Part shown: piece by piece, positions 35,851 through 48,201 of the stretch
How positions within the stretch are numbered: the stretch's first letter is position 1
Layout of the letters: each line of letters begins with the position of its first letter
Source: Mustelus asterias
Lineage: Eukaryota
Assembly (NCBI RefSeq): GCF_964213995.1
Contig: NW_027590128.1
Location: 1,426,001-1,490,000 of the forward strand
Direction: 5' to 3'
DNA length: 64,000 nucleotides
Program-made: the position numbers and the translations under genes
Notes under the pieces: generated by a model
Databases searched by the model: none
What the model saw: the letters and a program-made list of their open reading frames with translations, nothing else
Told to the model about the DNA's origin: nothing

Positions 35851-37299
35851 AAAAAAATCAAGATGGCGTCGGACCGTGGCTACTTGTTGCAAGCTGTGCC
35901 CATCATCTCTCTGATGCTATCTTTTACTCTTGGTCTATGCTTTTAAAACGATATTCTAACTCTTTTGAACTCTATAACAATGTTTTAATTAAATTGATCT
36001 TTCTCTACATCCTAGCTATGACTGTATCATTACATTCTGCACTCGCTCCTTTCCTTCTCCATGTACGTGTAATGCCGTGTTTGTAAAACCTACCTCTCCA
36101 CTCACCGAACGAAGGAGCAGCTCTCCGAAAGCTCGTGATTCCAAATAAACATCTTCGACTTGAACCTGGCGTTGTGAGACTTCTTACTGTTCTCTATGAA
36201 ATGTATGCTTTCTCTGTATAGCGCGCCAGAAACAATACTTTTCTCTGTATACTAATACATGTGACAATAATAAATCAAATCAAATAAAACCAAAAACATA
36301 TACTTTCAGAAGAACGCACACACACACGCACACACACACACAGACACACACACGCACACACACACACAGCCACACACACACACTATTACGGGCAGTCTCA
36401 CAAACGCAGAGAGACAGAGACCATAAAGTGTTGATGTCAATTTCACTTTAGTCAACCTGCTGGGCACAACAGCAATAACGGAAGCAAACTTAAAACCGGT
36501 GTGTGAGTTTTATTGTGAAATGAGATCATGTGTAAATGTATCACCATAGCCCAGGTTGGGGGTGTAATTGATAATTTATCTGCTGTCTGTATCCCTGAAC
36601 AAATGTCAAATTGGAGAGGTTATCAAGTTTGTATTATAATGTAATGATGTGAAACATGTGGGAGAAGAATTGGAGTGATAAAGGGTGGAAAACAAACTGG
36701 GGGAATGAGACTGAAGCTGCTGTGCAGACTGAATAGTTCTTGTTGTGTGAATGGAGGGACACATGTTGGGATGGATGGAGGGAGGAAGGGATGGACGGAT
36801 GGATGAATCGAGAGTCCGATCGAGGGAAGGAGTGATGGATGGAGGGATGAATCTGAGAAGTAGAAGATTAGATTTGAAGAGCTTCCCAGTGTCACTGAAC
36901 AACTGAACTTGGCGAAGTCATTGGGTAGAGACTATGCTTGCTGCTGTTTCCCCTTCGGGCGCCAGGGGCCACTTGACCACTCCCTGCAGCTGCTGCTGCT
37001 GCTCCTCACAGTGTCACATCTTGGCCCCACCCTGGACTAGGTGCAGCTCTTTGGCGGAACACCAGGAGCCAGAGGCGGGGAAGGACTGGCTGTCCTATTT
37101 CGGTGACGTCACCACCAGCCCCTACCCCCACCGTTTATTTTAAAGAAAAAAAAACACTGTTCAGAAATGGAGAAGGTGACCGAAATTCTGTCCCAGACAC
37201 GCCACCGGGAGGTGATTTATATGTAAATAAAAATACAATTGTTAATTTAATATAAAAGATGCCGAAGGCGAAACTGCACATGCGCCTTATGTTCTCTGC

Positions 37300-37815
37300 G
37301 AGAAGATGGATACAGAACTGGGGCTTGGCCATAGAAGACAGAGGGTAGCGGTAGAGGGGTGATTTTCTGACTGGAAGGCTGTGACGAGCCATGATCGTCA
37401 TGATGTGGAGATGCCGGCGTTGGACTGGGGTGAACACAGTAAGAGTTTTAACCTGGTGTTGTTAAAACTCTTACTAGCCATGATCCACAGGGATCAGTTC
37501 TGGGACCTTTGTTGTTCGTAGTATATATAAATGATTTGGAGGAAAATGTAGCTAGTATGATTGGTACGTCCACAGACCACACAAAAACTGGTGGAGTTGC
37601 GGAGAGTGAAGAGGATTGTCAGAGGATACAGCTACAGCAAAATATAGACCGGTGGAGACTTGAGCGGAAAAATGGCAGATGGAGTTTAATCTGGACAAGT
37701 GTGAGATAATGCATTTTGGAAGGTCCAATGCTTGTCGGAATTATACAGGAAAGGTAGAATCCTTAGGAATATTGACAGGCAGAGAGATCTGGGCGTACAT
37801 ATCCACCGATCACTG
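37300..37815 (+). mobile_element. CR1 RT fragment containing a Penelope-derived insertion (37397-37475, TSD agccatgatc)
   Basis: RT motifs ([10 protein letters not shown]); 10-bp direct repeats at 37387-37396 and 37476-37485. Confidence 0.75.
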
Positions 37816-38423
37816 ATAACATCGAAGGACAGTCGCTGAGTGACAAAATCTCCAAGGTTCAAACCCGAACAAAAGAAATAAGACGATAGTGAGTTTAAAT
37901 TTACGATTCAATCCATGCTTGCGAGCTAAGAGAAAATGTGCGACATGTTTTGTCCACGATTCCCTGTCTGGTGAGGTGACTGCGAGTCAATGGAAGAACA
38001 TTGAACTGGGATATAATTAATCTCCTTATAAGGGCAAGGTGTCCTCTGGCGTTGATCAAATCAGAAGAAAGTCCTTATCTAGTTATGGTAAGGCAGAGAT
38101 TCTGGTCCGTAAAAGGTGTCAGGAAACAACAAAGCTCGAAAGTTACGCTCGAAATGACAGTGGCATTGTGGGGAAATTCAGTAATATTCGCAAAAAAGCA
38201 TTCTGATCACACACTCGCTGTGTACCGACTGTGATCAAATGGACCGAGAAACGGAAAGGGGAGATGGGAAAGGGCTGGCCAATAATTGATACAGACGAGG
38301 AAATAACACCAGAGACAAACTGTCAGCTGACGAACCACTAACTCACTCTGGTGAGTGCCTTCGCTCGGAATTATAATACATTTCTGTTACTCTCACTTAT
38401 TATTTCTGCTTTTCGGTGTGAGC

Positions 38424-38437
38424 GCGCCCTCTGCTGA
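38424..38437 (-). promoter_or_regulatory. CTCF-binding motif TCAGCAGAGGGCGC with upstream module-like TGATAGTTCC
   Basis: Close match to the CTCF core consensus; about 25 bp beyond the RSS nonamer remnant of the V pseudogene at 38491-38868. Confidence 0.6.
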
Positions 38438-38490
38438 TCACTAACTGGAACTATCAGTGCGGCGCTTTTGTCCGGGATGCGCTCTCTGCA

Positions 38491-38868
38491 GCAGAAACAC
38501 AAGGCGGTATCGGAGAGAAGCGTCCTGGTGACATTTGAGGTGTGGCTTTTGTGGCTTTTGCTACCAAATAAACCTGTTGGACTTTAATCTGGTGTTGTTA
38601 AACTTCTTACTGTGTTTACCCCAGTCCAACGCCGGCATCTCCACATCATGACATTTGAGGAACAGTGTTCCTTTGTACAAAGTGGACAATATTGTTTCAC
38701 ATCCTCCGAGCTATAAATCCTCATTAATTATCTCGGAGTTTCGCCCGGATACCAGAACAGAATAGGGAGAATAGCTGTCCGAGTATTTACAATCCAACAT
38801 TATGCTCTGTACTTGGAGAACCCTTAATTCAGATTGATCCTTGGACACAGAATCATCACTATTGGTTT
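38491..38868 (-). pseudogene. TCR V pseudogene disrupted by a frameshift, deletions and a Penelope insertion (38541-38648)
   Basis: ttgcag acceptor, then TNSDDSVSKDQSELRVLQVQSIMLDCKYS.../ILFWYPGETPR*LMR.../NVTRTLLSDTALCFC; paralogous to the V at 47533; TSD tgacatttgagg; nonamer-like acaaaagcg at 38471-38463. Confidence 0.75.
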
Positions 38869-39949
38869 CTGCAACAAAACACAGAATGTATCAAATATCT
38901 GGGAGTGAAAATAACACTTGGAACAAATATTCCCCATGTTTTAGTTCGTATTTGTCTGTTTTGCTGCAGCTGTTTCTCTGATTGTATCTTCCTCTAAATC
39001 TATTCCTGATTCATTCATTTATATCACCGGTTCTTGCTCTGCTTAACTCCAGGTCTCGCCTCCATTTCCAATTATTCAACACCTCTTGTTTTCTTCCCAT
39101 ATCTCCACCTACATTTCTCCCTTGTCTCTCCCTTACAGGTTTCAAGAACAAATATCCCGCATAATGGACCATCAGCTGGTGCTCAGGTCCACCGTAATGT
39201 TTTGATACTTTGAAAAAATCCAAGTGGTCATTTTACATTCCACTCCATGGAAGTACTCCAGAATGTGATGCATGTTGCTGTTGTAAGGAGTGAGATTAAT
39301 CAACAACTTGCAACCAATACACATCGTGCAGATCATGTATATCCAACGCCCAACATATCGACAGACATGTCAAACACTCCCGCATTAATATCAAATATTA
39401 ATTTCCACACCAAATGCCGTTATTAGTCATTTCCTTGGATATAACGAAACACAGGAGGGATTGCAACATTATACCGACGGGAATGTTCTCGGTGCCAATA
39501 TGAAATAATGGATGTCGAGGTGTACATATGATAGGGGAGATCTGAAATAAAAACAGAAAATTGCTGGAAAGACTCTGTGGAGAGAGAAACTGAGCTAAAC
39601 ATTTGCGACTTTGAAGCTCCGAGTTGGCTGAGCAAAGGAGATAATTCTGCCTTTTACTGAAAAGGATATATGAAAATTTTGTCCCAAGGCAACTTATCGA
39701 AAACCACACATCAGTGTTGCATTTCTACTTTGTCCTCGGTGACGATATGTAAGGTATTTACCATGGAAGTTATATACATGATTACGTATTCCATTAAACC
39801 TTAATTGACGCCATTCTCCTTTAATATTCTGGATCCAGGGAATGCAGAAACCAGGAAAAGGCAATTAGTGGAATTGCAGCTTCACGTTTTGATTTTAAGT
39901 GAGTATTTTTTGGAGAGTGTTGACCATAAAAAACAACTTTCTTTTGCAT

Positions 39950-40250
39950 GGACAATTATCGGTGGAGTGTCTGCGATCTCTCAATCACAGCAGATATTAA
40001 CACAAGAGTGACAATCGATTGAAATCCAATGAAATACAATCACCTGATGCCCTGAGAGCATCCGCTCGTTCAGCATGCAACAGAACCGTGGCCTGAAATT
40101 TGTCATTTCATCTGTTAGCAGAAACACCACAGACTCTTCAAACTCTTCATTCACTCAACAAGAACTTTGTCCAGTCCTAATGGAGACAGCACATCGGTAT
40201 CAGGCGTTGGGGTGTGTTACTGTGTCAGTGAGTCACTGAGACACAAAACC
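39950..40250 (+). pseudogene. Highly decayed inverted V relic
   Basis: One frame reads GVSAISQSQQILTQE*QSIEIQ*NTIT*CPESIRSFSMQQNRGLKFVI, with stops or Ser at the expected G, C and W positions; ends VGVCYCVSE followed by a collapsed RSS cactgag-acacaaaacc. Confidence 0.5.
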
Positions 40251-40304
40251 CGAACGGAGCAGATAAACTATCCATTTATATCCCGAGGTGATGAGAAGTC
40301 TTTT

Positions 40305-40955
40305 ATAGAACATAGAACATAGAACATTACAGCACAGAACAGGCCCTTCGGCCCACGATGTTGTGCCGACCTTCATCTGAAACCAAGATCAAGCTATCCC
40401 ACTCCCTACCATCCTGGTGTGCTCCATGTGCCTATCCAATAACCGCTTAAATGTTCCTAAAGTGTCTGACTCCACTATCACTGCAGGCAGTCCATTCCAC
40501 ACCCCAACCACTCTCTGCGTGAAGAACCTACCTCTGATATCCTTCCTATATCTCCCACCATGAACCCTATAGTTATGCCCCCTTGTAATAGCTCCATCCA
40601 CCCGAGGAAATAGTCTTTGAACGTTCACTCGATCTATCCCCTTCATCATTTTATAAACCTCTATTAAGTCTCCCCTCAATCTCCTCCGCTCCAGAGAGAA
40701 CAGCCCCAGCTCCCTCAACCTTTCCTCATAAGACCGACACTCCAAACCAGGCAGCATCCTGGTAAATCTCCTCTGCACTCTTTCTAGCGCTTCCACATCC
40801 TTCTTATAGTGAGGTGACCAGAACTGCACGCAATATTCCAAATGCGGTCTCACCAAGGTCCTGTACAGTTGCAGCATAACCCCACGGCTCTTAAACTCCA
40901 ACCCCCTGTTAATAAAAGCTAACACACTATATGCCTTCTTCACAGCTCTATCCAT
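40305..40955 (-). mobile_element. CR1 3' fragment
   Basis: ORF 40389-40955 is the RT C-terminus; (atagaac)n tail. Confidence 0.9.
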
Positions 40956-40959
40956 TGGT

Positions 40960-41790
40960 ATATGTTCATCCTAAGCAACTCTGTACCGAAGGACTCTGTG
41001 CTCTCCGGGCTGTTCCCAGGGACACAAACCGAGACAAGCACCAATTGCTGTTGGAAAATCTTCAACTCGGTAAAATATACTCTTTGCCTTCTCGAAACTG
41101 GTTGATCTTCATGTGCAAAGAATTGTCCTCGATCGAGTGTTGCAGACTGGCACATTCCAGGGCGCAGGACTACCTGCTGAGGGACGCACTAATCCTTGGG
41201 GCAGTTGCTGCAAAGGCGCAAAGGGGAAATCCCCGCTGACTGAGACCATTCGGCCCTTGTGAACTGAGGGGAGCAGAACTCATTCTGAGCCCTTCTTGCT
41301 GTAGGGCTCACATTGACTGAATGCAGTGAATATTACACGTCTCGCAATTCTATTGAAGCACCTCAGAGTGCACATTGTTCAACGTAGACAATCTAAATGA
41401 CAACGTCCTTCCTGTATTGACGATCTTAAAATATGTATTATGTTCCATTGATTGTACTGAACATCTTCATTGCGCAACAATACCTTTGAAGAAATCTTCA
41501 GTATCACTGCACTTTCTGAAATAACCATTTTGCAAAGTTTTGTAATGTTTCATTGAATGTGTTGAAGCACGTCAACGTGCAAAATTATCTGTGTACGAAA
41601 CCTAAACGTCAATGCACTTTCTGTAAAGACTATTCTGAAACGTTCTGTAATGTTCCTTTAATTGTACACAGAGTGCAACAGCTTCATTGTCGAAAACTTG
41701 AATGTTATTGCACTTGCTGTTATGGCCATTTTGAAATATTGTGTAATGTACTTTCAGATATTTTATGAATAAGTTTTATTTTGCAAAAAA
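40960..41790 (+). mobile_element. L1/Tx1-like LINE 3' end (ORF2 C-terminus and UTR)
   Basis: CKELSSIECCRLAHSRAQDYLLRDAL..GA.AAKA resembles L1/Tx1 ORF2 C-termini (from recall, not searched); ends with aataag..ttattttgcaaaaaa. Confidence 0.5.
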
Positions 41791-41869
41791 CACAGCGTCC
41801 CAGTCATTGCGAGTACACAATCCCCACAGCTGCCGCTGCTCCCTTCAATAAGTTGTGAACTACTGGTGA

Positions 41870-43570
41870 ATACAAAGAGCTTCTACAAATACATAAAGAG
41901 CAAAAGAGTGACAAGGGAGAAAGTAGGGCCAGTTAAGGATCAACAAGGTCATCGATGTGCGGATCCATAAGATATGGGTGAGATCCTAAATGAATATTTC
42001 TCGTCAGTATTTATTGTTGAGAAAAGCATGGATGTTAGGGAACTTGGGGAAATAAATAGTGCTGTCTTGAGGAGTGTACATATTACAGAGAAGGAGGTGT
42101 TGGAAGTCTTAAAGCGTATCAAGGTAGATAAATCCCCGGGACGTGATGAAGTGTATCCCAGGACATTGTGAAAGGCTCGGGAGGAAATTGCGTGTCCCCT
42201 AGCAGAGATATTTCAATCATCGATAGTCACAGGTGAGGTGCCTGAAGATTTGAGGGTGGCAAATGTTATGCCTTTGTTTAAAAAAGGCCGAATGGTCTCA
42301 TTGAAGAAAAGCCTGGGAACTACAGGCCAGTGAGCATCACACCTGTGTTGAGTAAGTTGTTGGAAGTATTTTGAGAGACAGGATCTACAGGCATTTAGAG
42401 ATGCAAGGACTGATTAGGGACAGTCAGCATGGCTTTGTGAGTGGAAAATCACGTCTCACAAGTCTGATTGAGTTTTTTGAAGGGGTAACCAAGAAGGTAG
42501 ATAAGGTCAGTGCAGCTGGTGTTGTCTACATGGCCTTTAGCAAGGCCTTTAACAAGGTAGCGCATTGTAGGTTGTTGGATGAGGTTAAATCTCATGGAAT
42601 CCAGGGTGGGTAGCTAAATGGATACAAAATTGGCTTGATGACAGAAGCCAGAGGGTGGTTGCAGAGGGTTGTTTTTCAAACTGGAGCCTGTGACCAGCAG
42701 TGTGCCTCAGGGATCAGTACTGGGTCCACTGTTATTTGTCATTTATATTAATGATTTGGATGAAAATATAGGAGGCATGGTTCGTAAGTTTGCAGATGAC
42801 ACCAAGATTGGTGGCATAGTGGACAGTGAAGAAGGTTATCTCCGATTGCAATGGGATCTTGATCAATTGGGCCAGTGGGCTGACGAATGGCAGATGGAGT
42901 TTAATTTAGATAAATGTGAGGTGATGCATTTTGATAGGTTGATCCAGGGTAGGACTTACTCGGTTAATGGTAGGGCGTTGGGGAGAGTAATAAAACAAAG
43001 AGATCTTGGGGTACATGTTCATAGCTCCTTGAAAGTGGAGTCACAGGTGGACAGAGTGGTGAAAAAGGCATTCAGCATGCTTGGTTTCATTGGTCGGAGC
43101 ATTGAATACAGGAGTTGTGACGTCTTCTTAAAGTTGTACAAGACATTGGTAAGGCCACACTTGGAATACTGTGTACAGTTCTGGTCACCCAATTATAGAA
43201 AGGATATTATTCAACTACAAAGAGTGCAGACAATATTTACTAGGATGCTACCGGGGCTTGATGGTTTGAGGTATAAGGAGAGGTTGGATAGACTGGGACT
43301 TTTTTCTCTCGAACGTGGAAGGCTTAGGGGTGACCTTATAGAGGTCTATAAAATAATGAGGGGCATAGATCAGCTAGGTAGTCAATATCGTTCTCCAAAG
43401 TTAGGGAAGTCTAAAACTAGATGGCATAGGTTTAAGGTGAGAGGGGAGAGATACAAAAGTGTCCAGAGGGGCAATTGTTTTTACACAGAGGGTGGTGAGT
43501 GTCTGGAACAAGCTGCCAGAGATAGTAATAGAGGCAGGTACAATATTGTCTTTTAAAAAGCATTTAGCCT
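41870..43570 (+). mobile_element. CR1 LINE, RT region
   Basis: ORF 42669-43556 contains VPQGSVLGP and KFADDTK. Confidence 0.92.
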
Positions 43571-44167
43571 GTTGCTTGAGTAAGATGGGTATAGCATTTG
43601 TCTGTATAGCATGCAAGAAACAATACTTTCCACTGTAAAACAGTGTATGTGAAAATGATAAATCAAATCAAATCAAATCAAATTTACCCAAACCCAAGAC
43701 AATTCCTCCTTTACATCTTTTGAAACAATATTCAGTTATTTAATTCAGAAAAACAATGAGAGAAATAAAACCTGAAATAGAGGCATTCATTCTAATGAGC
43801 ATTTTCTTAAATTTTAAACTATGATGACGGATTGCGATATTGAGAACGCGGAAAATATATTGTACTGAGCTGGTGCTCACAGTTTGTCTGATTCTAGGAG
43901 CTGCGCTCCGAAAGCTGTGGCGTTTGCTACCAAATAAACCTGTTGGACTTTAACCTGGTGTTGTGAGACTTCTTACTGTCATGAATTAGAGCCGAAAGGA
44001 GCTCTCGGCTGGTTGGATGAATCCAGAGTAAAGAGCCCAGGAGCGTATTGGATTATCACCTGATGACGCTGTCAGGAATAAATCAACTTGTGGATTGTGA
44101 TATCCAATCAGCTCTTTATTCTCTATTCAGTGCTCTCCACTCTTCCGACCATAGGTGCTGCAGGGTG

Positions 44168-44192
44168 TGACGTCAGACCGGCCACAGCCAAT
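44168..44192 (+). promoter_or_regulatory. V promoter: CRE TGACGTCA plus CCAAT
   Basis: CRE 44168-44175 and CCAAT 44188-44192, about 90 bp upstream of the leader ATG at 44267. Confidence 0.6.
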
Positions 44193-44266
44193 GCTCTCAG
44201 CTTTATCTTGTTCGATCTTCTGCAGCTGTCGGAGAAACAAGTCCCTGGAATCCAGGAGCAGCAGCA

Positions 44267-45301
44267 ATGCGGCTCCGCATTTTCTCTCTGATTTGGGTGA
44301 CATTCATTGTTGGTGAGTTTAACACCTTAAAAATGAGTTATTTTCTGGAGGGATAAAGTTGAAAAGCAGGACATTCATGTTATACAGGTATTGGACATGC
44401 CGTAGAACACAAATGAATTCTTGCGAGTGGTTTTAGTCTTTTGAAAATAGATTCGAAAAGCACACTGCAACGGCGATTTCGAGAAATGGTACCAGGATTG
44501 GGAGATGAGAGCTATCAGAATGCAAGATTGTGATTAACTTTGCGACTGACGAAAAAAACCTGACTGATTTATTTACAATTATAAAGAGGATTGGTGCGAT
44601 GGACGGGGAGAGGATGATTCCACTTGTGGAAGGATTCCAAATATACGTCCCATAATTCCAAGAAACAAAGAGATCGACTGGGAATCGGAGAGAAACATCT
44701 TTAGAAAGAGTTCGGTAGAATGTGACTCATATTAACACAATGAACACTTGAGTAGAGGAGCAAAGACTAATTTCAAGGTAAACTGAACTAAACAGCTGAG
44801 GAAGAAACGGACAGATGCATTGAGAAGAGGCGAGAGGGAGGAGTCTCCTGGGGATTGTAAACGGGAACATAGATCAGTTGGACAGAATATGGTATGATTC
44901 AATCCATATTTTTATGTTACACTGTCAGTGAATTTTCTCCGTTCGTTCAATTGAACTTTTAATCAATATTTTTCCTTTCTTTAACCGTGTGTTTCAGTTC
45001 TGAGCGATGGAGATTCTGTCACTCAGCGGGAATCCTCACTCACACGGACAGAGGGAGAAGATGTCACTTTAAACTGCACCTTTACCGACGAGGCGTATTA
45101 TTTATTCTGGTATCGTCAATACCCAGACAGACAGCTCGAGTTTGCAGTCCGGAGAGACAAGAACGGCGGTTTTGAATTAAAGGCGGATTTCGCACGGACC
45201 CGGTTTTCTGATTCAGTCCAGCAGGCAGACAATTTGTAGAGATTGACCATCTCGGAGCTGCGGCTGTCTGACACTGCGGTCTATTACTGTGCACAGAGTC
45301 T
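44267..45301 (+). pseudogene. Inverted TCR V alpha/delta (leader 44267-44312, V exon 44998-45301) with a single nonsense codon
   Basis: Leader MRLRIFSLIWVTFIV; exon GDSVTQRESS...VTLNCTF...LFWYRQYP...DNL*RLTISELRLSDTAVYYCAQS; TAG at 45237-45239; RSS cacagtg (45302-45308), 22-bp spacer, accaaaact. Confidence 0.9.
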
Positions 45302-46299
45302 CACAGTGATGTCAACAAGCGAATACTCGTACCAAAACTGCCGCAGTTTTCTGGATCACAGCTGCTGTCTGCTGAGAGCTGTTTCTAACAGCGGGACACA
45401 CACTAACTCGTCAATACATTCCTGTGAACACAAACCAGACCACAATTCACACAAACACCATCCAAAATCGTTCACAGATCACTCCCTTCACTGTGCGAGG
45501 GAAGAATTAGCTGTTGTTTATTTGGGATCACCAGGAACTCAGCACGAGCATTGAGAATACAAAATGCTGCAGGTAGCCTTGAACTAGTTGTACCCTTGTT
45601 CTGATGTTTCAAAGAACACTCGGGGCAAAGGAACCAATAATGTTTGGTTTGATATGTCAGTCAATAGTGTAAACTGATGTTCGCCTGCTGAGGCAAATCC
45701 TAATAATGACAGCAGCCTGATTAAACATCTCTCAATGGTACCGTAATTAATCAAAAATATCAACAGGGAATCGAAGAGAAACTCAATTGGAAAGAGTTCG
45801 GTAGAATGTCACTCATATTAACACAATGAACATTTGACATACATTAAAACTAAAAATTCTTAACATTAAAGGTACAAAAGTTGATTTCAATACATGATTA
45901 GAACCCGATGAGCAATTATTGATAAGAAAATTATCTTTAAGAACAGGTTTAGTTTGCTCCAGACACTGCAACATTTGGCAAGAAAATCGACTGAATGCAA
46001 AAACCTAATTAAGAACGTCAGAAAGTTTGTGCAGCACAGCTCGGGATGAGCAATAAATACAGGCCTAGCCAGCCACGCCCACATTCGGGAATAGATTTCT
46101 TTAAAATTCTGCTGAAATCACCAGAGGTGTTTTGGGAAATCTTTATGTTCAGGCAATGATTTTGCTCTCCCTCTCCCCCCGCCACCTGCACTTCCCTCAG
46201 TATTATATAGCTGTTGCTAAATTTCCCTGTTGTGCGACTTCTTTTAACGGCTGGAACACAATATCAAATACTTTTCTCAGCATTTCCATCGCAATCTAC

Positions 46300-46720
46300 G
46301 ACGCGGTATAAATTAAATTATAAATTATCCAGACACATTGGAAGTATGTGGGGGCTTTATCCCGGTCCTGAAGGTACAGCTGTAAATCATATGAAGCAGC
46401 AATGGTCGAATAGCTGAAAATAATGGCAATCGATTCTCCTTCCAACTTTATCGCAGTAACCAGCCCCTGAGGGACAAATTCTGCACCACTCACCCTGCAA
46501 AAGAACAGATATACGAAATTTAACGATTGTTTTTTACCACTCTGTAAGAAATAATGTGATCACGCTGATTGATTTCTTTTAAGAAATACCTGGAAAGGAC
46601 AGTTAAAGGGGAAGGTTTCTACCTCAGCATCGCGAGCAAGCTGGAGATTGCGCAATTTGGAAAATTACCAACTAAAATAGCTGAAGCTGTGAGGAATGTG
46701 TAAAAAGTAACACACAGCAT
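46300..46720 (-). pseudogene. Decayed TCR V pseudogene (leader 46669-46720; V exon from 46494)
   Basis: Leader MLCVTFYTFLTASAILV with donor gtaatt; exon VSGAEFVPQ...KLEGESIAIIFSYST..SYDLQLYLQDRDKAPTY has lost the Cys and Trp, is out of phase with the leader, and has no clear 3' end; CRE at 46927-46934. Confidence 0.7.
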
Positions 46721-47532
46721 GTTCACAGAGTTGATGCGGGATCTGAACTCAGTGAGTTGAAGCTCAATTGTTTTATTTCAGAGTTCAGAAGAAGTTGAGT
46801 CATATCCGACCTCAATAGCTATTGGTTCATTCCTGACAGAGCCAGCGGGAGATACCCAATCAGCTCACAGCTCCTTTGTCCTATATTTCATCCAATCAGC
46901 TCCGACTGTCTTTGTTCTCCAATCCATGACGTCAGAGCGAGATGCAGGGAACCAGTTGAATCGGTTCTCAGAACAATGAACTGGACAGAAGAACATCAGA
47001 GAATAGGGAATAGGAGCTGGAGTGGACCATTTGCTCCTTCATTAGGGCCTGCTCCGCCATTCAGTAAGATTATTGTTGATCTACCGCACAATCACCTTCC
47101 TGCACTACCTCCATATCGGTTATTTCCCTGAATATCCGCAAATCTATCAACTGCCTTCCTAGAAAGCAAACAACTGTATGGCTACCGCTCTCTTTGACAC
47201 AGAATGTGCACTAAAGCGAATGTGTGCATTTTCACCGAGATGACCTTTGAGATATGAAGCTGATAGGTTTTATTTAATGTTACAATAACAGCACCAGGGT
47301 CTCCGATTCAGAGTTGCTCGTAAACCACGGAAACTACTATAAAGCGAGATTTTACATAAACTGACAGACATTCCGCACCAAAAAGTGATCTTTCGGACTC
47401 ACTGATCTGTATAATATGATTTCATTTATATTAGCAGTTCACAACCCAGCTCACAGACCTGATTGAGTGAGAGGAAGGGAGATTGCCTTTGTTGGTTTTT
47501 GTACGGATTGACTGTGCCTCTGTAACAGTGTG

Positions 47533-47839
47533 GGGTTCAGCGCACAGTGATACACGGCAGAGTCAGAGACAAGGACCCCGGTGATATTTAATGGAGCTGT
47601 TTTCTTGTCTTGGTCCAAATTAGCAGAAAACCGATCCGAAAAATCAAGAGATTTATCCCCCTTCCCGTTGCCGTAACTTTTCAATAAATATCTCGGAGCT
47701 TCTCCAGGGTACAGGATGTACCAGAAGAGAGTTTGGTCAGCGTATTTTGCTTTATAACTGCAGTTCAAAATTACCGTCTGTCCTTCCTGAACCGTTAATT
47801 CAGGCGGCTCCTGGGAAACTGAAGTTTGGCCACTGGTTC
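47533..47839 (-). CDS. TRDV: Intact TCR V alpha/delta exon: GTSGQTSVSQEPPELTVQEGQTVILNCSY...LFWYILYPGEAPRYLL...DSAVYHCALN
   Basis: Open frame; RSS cacactg (47532-47526), 23-bp spacer, acaaaaacc (47502-47494, consensus nonamer). Confidence 0.9.
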
Positions 47840-48201
47840 CTGTAACAACATATAGAATGTGTGAGAAATCTGTTTGTAAATATAACCCATGAAACACACA
47901 CTGAGGTACGTTCGCGGCCAGGTGTCCCTGGAGAGGGAGCATGCGGTGTCCACGGGCGAGGTTGACGCTTTCCGCGCCCGCTGGGCACCGCAGGGGTTGG
48001 GGTGCATTATTGACCCTAATAATCACATTTTAATTTGATGTTTTTAAGTTTCCTTTGTACTTTGATTTCTGTTCGGGCTGTTCCCCCTCCTTTTTGGGGA
48101 GCTGCCCCTTTTACTTTGTCCTGATTTAATCTGAGTTTGTTTACTTGGTTTGGTTTGACCTAAAAAGAGGACACACACTGAGGACTTGAGCTCAGACTCA
48201 C

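Noticed and set aside
42669-43556. Long reverse-transcriptase ORFs (also 3719-4468, 33788-34432, 52740-53567) as host genes or a novel RT system
   Set aside because: Truncated, multi-copy CR1 ORF2 fragments with CR1 3' tails.
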